Assembly (NCBI GenBank): GCA_022072415.1
Contig: JAJVHW010000006.1
Span: forward strand, 4,958-68,957
DNA: 64,000 bases
Direction: 5' to 3'
DNA from: Planctomycetota bacterium
Lineage (GTDB): Bacteria; Planctomycetota; JAJSAM01; JAJVHW01
In this document: piece by piece, positions 58,938-64,000 of the stretch
Position numbering within the stretch: position 1 is the first letter of the stretch
Layout of the letters: each line of letters begins with the position of its first letter
The notes under the pieces: generated by a model
What the model was told of the DNA's origin: nothing
The model's input: the letters and a program-made list of their open reading frames with translations, nothing else
Databases searched by the model: none
Made by a program: the position numbers and the translations under genes

Positions 58938-59722
58938 CTACTCCAGCGCGGCCAGTCGTGCGACGAGTCGCGCCCATCCGGCCCGCACGATCACGTCCCG
59001 GGCCGACTGCGCGCGGGCGCCCGTGAGGGCGCGTCGCCACCCGATCATGTCCACGTGGTCGGCCTCCCACACCTCGGCCCCGGGCCACCGCGACGCGGAG
59101 CGCACGGTGACGAGTCCGTCGTTCGGGCCCTCCGTGTCCGCGAGGTGCTGCGCCGGGACGCGGAGAAGCGGGTGGACGCGCGCCGGGTCGACGGCCCCCG
59201 CCACCGCCATGTAGACGACGCCGGGCACGTCCGGAGTCGCGTCGTCGAACGCCCGGCAGGCCGCCGTCGCGAGGTCCCCGATGCCCGCCAGCGCGGATGC
59301 GGCGTCGCCGAGGGCCCACCGCCGTCCCCGGTCCCCCACCCTGCCGACAATCTCGTCCGCGATCGCGCTCCCGAGGTGCGGCGTGCCGAGGGTCGTCAGG
59401 GAGAGCACGCGCTCGTCCATCCCCATGTGCGTGATCATCTGCCGCGCGTCGAGCCCGCCCATGCTGTGGGCGACGACGTGCGCCTTCCCGCGTCCGGCCG
59501 CCGCGCGCACGGCGTCGCGGAGCGCGGCGGCGCGCCGCACGATCGACCCGGCCGGCGGCACGGCGGGAGTGTGGACCTCGGTGCCCGACTTCCGCAGCCG
59601 CTCCGGAATGCCGCGGAAGTAGCTCGCGAGCTCGATCCCCGCGACGACGAGCTGCGAGAACCCGAGCAGCCCGTGCGCGAGCACGACGGGGTGCCGGAGC
59701 TTCGGGAGCGACCCGCTCATGC
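58938..59722 (-). CDS. Lipase-like alpha/beta hydrolase
   Basis: VVAHSMGG (GxSxG). ATGA overlap with the upstream kinase gene. Confidence 0.65.
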
Positions 59723-61012
59723 GTGGCGCCGCGCGCGGAGCGTGGATTCCACGACGTCCGCCGACACCGGGCCCGCGAGCGCGGCCAGCGCGCCCGCGTC
59801 GCGGAGACGGTCCTCCGGATCCGGAGCGATCAGCGCGGCGCACACCGGACGGAAGTCGGGCGGGACGGCCTCGAGCGGCGACGGGCCGTCGCCCGCTCCC
59901 GCCGTGCCGAACCGGCGCTTCGCGAGCACGAGCGCGCCGATCTCCTCCTGCGGGAACGGCGTCTCGCCCGTGAACATCTCGATCATGGTGCAGCCGAACG
60001 CATAGAGGTCCGCGCTCGCGGACGGCGGCGCGCCGAGGAAGAGCTCCGGGGCCATGTACCGGGGCGTCCCGCAGATCCGCACCTGCGACGCCGCCGCGTC
60101 GGGGGGCGAGTCGACGGACCGCGCGATCCCGAAGTCGGTGAGGCGCGCGTCGCCGCTCCTCGCGAGCATCACGTTCGACGGCTTCACGTCGCAGTGGACG
60201 ACTCCCTTCGCGTGGACGAAGGACAGCGCGCCCGCCACGGCGCCCGCGACTCCGCGCGCGTCGCGGACCGGGAGCGGCCCGGAGAGCGTGATCGCGTCCC
60301 AGAGCGACGGGCCGTCGAGGAACTCCATCACGAGGAACTTCGTGCCGTACGCGTCGAAGCTCCCGTGGCACGTCGCGACGCCCGGATGCGCGAGGTCGAG
60401 CAGCATCCGCGACTCGCGCTCGAAGAGGTCCATCGCAGCGCGGTCGCGCGAGAACCGGTGGGAGAGCATCTTCAGCGCCACGGTGCGCCCGTCGTCGAGC
60501 CGCACGGCCTCGTACACCACCGCCGTGGCGCCGCGCCCCGCCGGGCGGACGACGCGGAAGCCGCCGAGCACCTTGTCCGCGAGCCCGTCGGCGACGGACT
60601 TCCCGAGCCGCTGCGCCGTCAGCTCCGTGAGGATGCCGAGGATTTCCGGCGTCCGCGCCTCGAGCGCGCGGAACGCCGCCACGGAGAGGAACAGCGCCTC
60701 GCCCGGCTCGGTCGCGACCACGTCCGCGTTCCGCGGCGCGCCGGTGAGCAGCGCCATCTCGCCCGCGATGTCGCCCCGCTCCATCTGCGCGAGGATCAGG
60801 TCCGAGCCTTCCTTCCGCCGGAGGCGCACGTCCGCGCGCCCCGACGCGAACAGCCAGAGCCCGTCGGCCGGATGCCCCTGCCGGATCAGCGCATCCCCCG
60901 CCGCGAACCGCCGCGGCTCGCACGCCGCCGCCAGCGCCTCGACGACGCTCCCCGCGAGCGGACGCACGACGTCCACCTCGGAGAGAAGCGCCCGCCGCGC
61001 GCGAAGATCCAT
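59717..61012 (-). CDS. Cyclic-nucleotide-binding domain fused to a Ser/Thr protein kinase
   Basis: cNMP-binding GDIAGEMALLTGAPRNADVVA, then kinase motifs VALKML, HCDVKPSNVML, DFG and APE. Confidence 0.8.
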   Translation of the reverse strand: MDLRARRALLSEVDVVRPLAGSVVEALAAACEPRRFAAGDALIRQGHPADGLWLFASGRADVRLRRKEGSDLILAQMERGDIAGEMALLTGAPRNADVVATEPGEALFLSVAAFRALEARTPEILGILTELTAQRLGKSVADGLADKVLGGFRVVRPAGRGATAVVYEAVRLDDGRTVALKMLSHRFSRDRAAMDLFERESRMLLDLAHPGVATCHGSFDAYGTKFLVMEFLDGPSLWDAITLSGPLPVRDARGVAGAVAGALSFVHAKGVVHCDVKPSNVMLARSGDARLTDFGIARSVDSPPDAAASQVRICGTPRYMAPELFLGAPPSASADLYAFGCTMIEMFTGETPFPQEEIGALVLAKRRFGTAGAGDGPSPLEAVPPDFRPVCAALIAPDPEDRLRDAGALAALAGPVSADVVESTLRARRHA

Positions 61013-61064
61013 CCGCCGGGGAGGCTACCCCGTCCGCAGGCTCCCGGCCACCTGGCGATCGCGG

Positions 61065-63608
61065 CTACTTCGCGAGGAACCCGGACCCGTCGGTCTCCCA
61101 GCGCGCGTCGAAGAACCCCGCGGCGAGGACGGCGTCGTCGCCCCGGGTCAGCGTCGCGTCGGACCAGACGGTGTAGTCGGGCCATCCGGCGCCGCTGATG
61201 AAGAGGCCGTGGAGGTTCCCCAGGCGGGCGCCGCGCACGCCGGTGTCGCCGAGCACTCCGACGAGCGCGTCGGGGTCGTCGGCGCGGGGGCGGACGAAGA
61301 AGGCGGCGAGGGCGTCGCCGCGGAACGTGCGCTCGGTCCCGCCGCCGACGCGCGCGCTGTCGTCGCGGACGGTGACGGCTCCGCGCGCGACGCGGACCGG
61401 CGACGACGGGCCGACGACCTGCGCCCAGGCCGCGTTCGTGTCGGCGTTGCCGTAGAGGATCAGGTTCCGCCCCGCGAACTCGCGCGGCGCGCCGGTCACG
61501 ACGCCGTCCCACGCGACCGTGACGGCGCCGTTCCCGCGGTACCACCACTGCATCGCGTCGAACCGCGCCCGCGACCACGCCTCGGCGTTCTCCTCGGGCG
61601 TTCCCTGCGTGGGGAGCACGAGGACGAAGCGGCGGTCGAACGCGCGCTTCATCGGCCCGCTCCGCGCGGCGGACTTCTGCGCGGCGGGCGGCGTGCCGCT
61701 CACCTCCAGCCATCCGTCGTCGCCTCGCATGAACCACGCGGGCTCGCGCGATGCGGCGAACTGCCTGCCGTCCACCGCGATCTCGCGGAGCGGCTTCCCG
61801 TCCGGAGACGACACGGCGAGCCACCGCACGTTGTCCGTCGTCACCTCGGCGCGCCGCCGCGAGGGGTCGAACGCCGCGCGCACCGTCGCGGGCGAGCCGT
61901 AGCGCACGACCTGCTCCACGCGGAGCCAGTGGTGGCGGCTGTCCATCGCGGGATCGAAGATCATCCACTCGAGCGACAGGGGCGCGGGGCCCGGCGTGAC
62001 CGAGCGGAAGTGGTCGAACGCGGACTCGAGGTTCACGCAGTCGGCGCCCGGAGTGGACGGGTCGTCCCACCAGTGCCCGCCGCCCTCCTGCCACACCGTC
62101 ACCGGAGGCGCGCCCGCCGCCGTGAGCGCGTCGACCATGCGGTCGGCCTGCGACTTCGGCACGTTGTCGTCCGCCGTCCCGTGGATGACGAACACGGGCG
62201 CCTGCACGAGGTTCCGGATCATCGAGAGCGTGTCGGAACCCCCGTCGCCGCCGAACCACCACTTCGACAGCGCCGTGCGCGGCCGCGGGTTCCCGTAGCC
62301 GTCGAACGACTCCCATCCGGCGCTCGGCACCGCCGTGAGGAACCGGTCGGGATCGTGCGCGAGGAAGTGCCACGTGCCGTGGCCTCCCATCGAATGCCCG
62401 GTCAGGTGGACGCGCCGCGGGTCGATCCCGGTCACGCGGAGCGCATCGGCGAGCGTCTCGTAGCCGTCGGCGCGGCCCCAGTCCTGCCAGTCGAACCCGA
62501 ACGGGCGGCGGTTGGTCGGGCACGCGACCGCGAAGTCGGGCCGCGCGGAGTACGACCGGGCCTGCCCGAGGCAGTCCACTCCGGCGCCGTGGAGCGACAG
62601 CACGAGCGAAGGCGGCCCCTTCGCCGCGAGGCGCTCGTCCACGGGGAGCAGCGCCCACTCCTGCACCGATCCGTCGATGTCGGAGCGCCGCGTGACGCGC
62701 CGCGCGCCGCTCGCGGCTCGCACGTCGAGCTGGATCGGATGGCGCGCGGCGACGGCGCCGTCCACCGTGAGCACGAGAGGGACGGAGATGCGGTCGGTCG
62801 CCGCGTCGGCCGCGGGGGCGCGGATGCGGACGCGGCGCTTCGTCTGCGCGAGCGGCGGCAGCGTGAACGGATCCGAGTTCTCGCCCCCGCTCTCGCCCGC
62901 GACGGCGAGCCGCACGTTCGCGACGGTCTTCGCCGAGACGTTCCGCACGACGACCGACGCCCAGCCTTCGAGCGGCTCGCCGCGCACGGCGTCCGGGCAC
63001 GTCACGTCCTCCGCGCCGATCTCCACTCCCTCGGCGCAGGGCGTCACGGAGAAGAGCACCTTCCCGCGGAGCCCGGAGAGGTACACGCGGTTCACGCCGG
63101 CGCGGAGGAGGACCGGGAAGCCGCCCGTGCCGAGCCCGTACACGTCGCCGGGGCGCGCGTCGCCGTTCACCCACACGGTGGCCGCCCCGCGGACGTCCAT
63201 CCGCGCGAGCTGGTCCGCTGGCGATCGGATCTCCGCACACGCCCATCGCTTGCCGGTGGGCGAGAACATGCCCGTCGCGTCCGCGGACATCTCCTCCCAC
63301 GCGACGGGGGTCCCCGTCTCGCCGGTGACCGTCTCCCCCGCCGCGGGCGGGGCCGCGTCGCGCGCGTGCAGGTGCCTGGCGAACACGACATCGGTGCGGA
63401 TCGGGCGGCGCGGCGCGGTCTCCGGGTCCGGGAGGACGAGCCACTTCGAGGGGACGAGCGACGGAGCCGCGTCCGCGGCGGCCTTCGACCCGGGAGGAGG
63501 CGGAGGCGGCGGCGGATCGCCCCCGTCCTGCGCGCGGAGAACCGCGCACGGGAGAGCGAGGAGGACGAGCGCGGCGGACGCGCGCCGCGTGCGGTCACTT
63601 CGGTGCAT
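61065..63608 (-). CDS. Secreted prolyl-oligopeptidase-like (S9/alpha-beta hydrolase) protein with an N-terminal poly-Pro segment
   Basis: Signal peptide, PPPPPPPP, GHSMGGHG (GxSxG), and HGTADDNV. Confidence 0.7.
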   Translation of the reverse strand: MHRSDRTRRASAALVLLALPCAVLRAQDGGDPPPPPPPPGSKAAADAAPSLVPSKWLVLPDPETAPRRPIRTDVVFARHLHARDAAPPAAGETVTGETGTPVAWEEMSADATGMFSPTGKRWACAEIRSPADQLARMDVRGAATVWVNGDARPGDVYGLGTGGFPVLLRAGVNRVYLSGLRGKVLFSVTPCAEGVEIGAEDVTCPDAVRGEPLEGWASVVVRNVSAKTVANVRLAVAGESGGENSDPFTLPPLAQTKRRVRIRAPAADAATDRISVPLVLTVDGAVAARHPIQLDVRAASGARRVTRRSDIDGSVQEWALLPVDERLAAKGPPSLVLSLHGAGVDCLGQARSYSARPDFAVACPTNRRPFGFDWQDWGRADGYETLADALRVTGIDPRRVHLTGHSMGGHGTWHFLAHDPDRFLTAVPSAGWESFDGYGNPRPRTALSKWWFGGDGGSDTLSMIRNLVQAPVFVIHGTADDNVPKSQADRMVDALTAAGAPPVTVWQEGGGHWWDDPSTPGADCVNLESAFDHFRSVTPGPAPLSLEWMIFDPAMDSRHHWLRVEQVVRYGSPATVRAAFDPSRRRAEVTTDNVRWLAVSSPDGKPLREIAVDGRQFAASREPAWFMRGDDGWLEVSGTPPAAQKSAARSGPMKRAFDRRFVLVLPTQGTPEENAEAWSRARFDAMQWWYRGNGAVTVAWDGVVTGAPREFAGRNLILYGNADTNAAWAQVVGPSSPVRVARGAVTVRDDSARVGGGTERTFRGDALAAFFVRPRADDPDALVGVLGDTGVRGARLGNLHGLFISGAGWPDYTVWSDATLTRGDDAVLAAGFFDARWETDGSGFLAK

Positions 63609-63927
63609 CGGTCTTCTCCCCGTCCGGCGCGGCGAGCGCCGCGGACGCGCCGCGAAGCGCCTCCTCCACGGCCGCCGCCTTGAACCTCGGTCCCGAGAAG
63701 CTCGTCTCGAGGACGAACCGCCCTGCGCGCACGGTCCACACTTCGGTCGCCGGCGCATTCTCCGGAACGCGCCGCGCGCGGTGGCCCGGAAGCCCCGCGG
63801 CGCCGTCGGCGTACGTCGCCGCGACGGCTCCCGGAGCACGGTCGCGCGCCTCCGAGAGCCTGCGTTCGAGCGCGACGAACGCCGCGGCCGACTCCTCGTC
63901 GTCGAACGCGAGCACGCCCGCGACCAC
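63595..63927 (-). CDS. Small hypothetical protein overlapping the 5' end of the S9 hydrolase gene
   Basis: Ordinary amino-acid composition. There is no other support. Confidence 0.3.
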   Translation of the reverse strand: MVAGVLAFDDEESAAAFVALERRLSEARDRAPGAVAATYADGAAGLPGHRARRVPENAPATEVWTVRAGRFVLETSFSGPRFKAAAVEEALRGASAALAAPDGEKTDAPK

Positions 63928-64000
63928 GAACCCATGCCGCTCGGACCACGTGCGCGCGGCCGTGTCCGCGATGCGGTCGAGGCACGGGTCGTCGGCCGCG

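Noticed and set aside
56719-63985. ORFs 56719..57819(+), 58163..59026(+), 58698..60005(+), 59723..61198(+), 60054..63683(+) 1209 aa, 60886..63549(-) and 63167..63985(-)
   Set aside because: They are alternate frames, Arg/Pro-rich, with no motifs. The real genes are the VWA, lipase, kinase and S9 hydrolase genes.
1-64000. CRISPR arrays, rRNA and tRNA genes
   Set aside because: No short direct-repeat/spacer periodicity was seen and no rRNA-like conserved stretches. The T-arm-like string at 15430 (GGTCGGGATCGAAC) lacks the rest of a tRNA cloverleaf.

Overview
This is a 64 kb window of a ~70% GC Gram-negative chromosome, possibly Myxococcota- or Gemmatimonadota-like. Most provided ORFs longer than 300 aa are GC-driven Arg/Ala/Pro-rich artefacts in alternate frames. 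I annotated frames by recognisable motifs, signal peptides and ATGA/GTGA start-stop overlaps. I derived internal start codons by hand, so those coordinates are approximate (±1-3 nt).

Gene content, in order:
- recQ.
- A minus-strand operon: lipoprotein, membrane protein, tryptophan 2,3-dioxygenase, membrane-anchored sulfatase.
- Three secreted FG-GAP/ASPIC-UnbV proteins. One is fused to a zf-HC2 anti-sigma factor and translationally coupled to an ECF sigma factor.
- A 5.5 kb low-GC island (about 12.95-18.48 kb). It holds three partial copies of one rve-transposase IS, a tyrosine-integrase fragment, an RHS/YD-repeat fragment and four small low-GC ORFs with strong RBSs.
- dinB and ychF.
- A di-heme cytochrome c lipoprotein.
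- A glycoconjugate cluster: two GT4 genes, an MsbA-like ABC exporter with an extra N-terminal domain, and a sulfotransferase.
- A second cluster: a Kdo/LPS-kinase-like gene, a GT2, a tandem Kdo-kinase gene, a GT4 and an FG-GAP protein.
- Two copies of a ~235 bp MITE with 29 bp terminal inverted repeats.
- A run of secreted proteins: HEAT-repeat, TPR+HExxH, cyclophilin, LpxR-like OMP, a second HExxH protein, and an S1 protease with PPC domains.
- A KamA radical-SAM gene followed by a MoxR AAA+ / VWA pair, divergent from a degenerate integrase-cupin fusion.
- A cNMP-binding Ser/Thr kinase coupled to a lipase-like hydrolase.
- An S9-type secreted hydrolase.

I found no rRNA, tRNA or CRISPR.

The most striking candidate is a signal-peptide thioredoxin-fold gene (33150-34100). 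A single in-frame TGA occupies the first position of a U-x-x-C redox motif, and a SECIS-like hairpin (bulged U, GUGC apical loop) lies 13 nt downstream. This points to a secreted selenoprotein.
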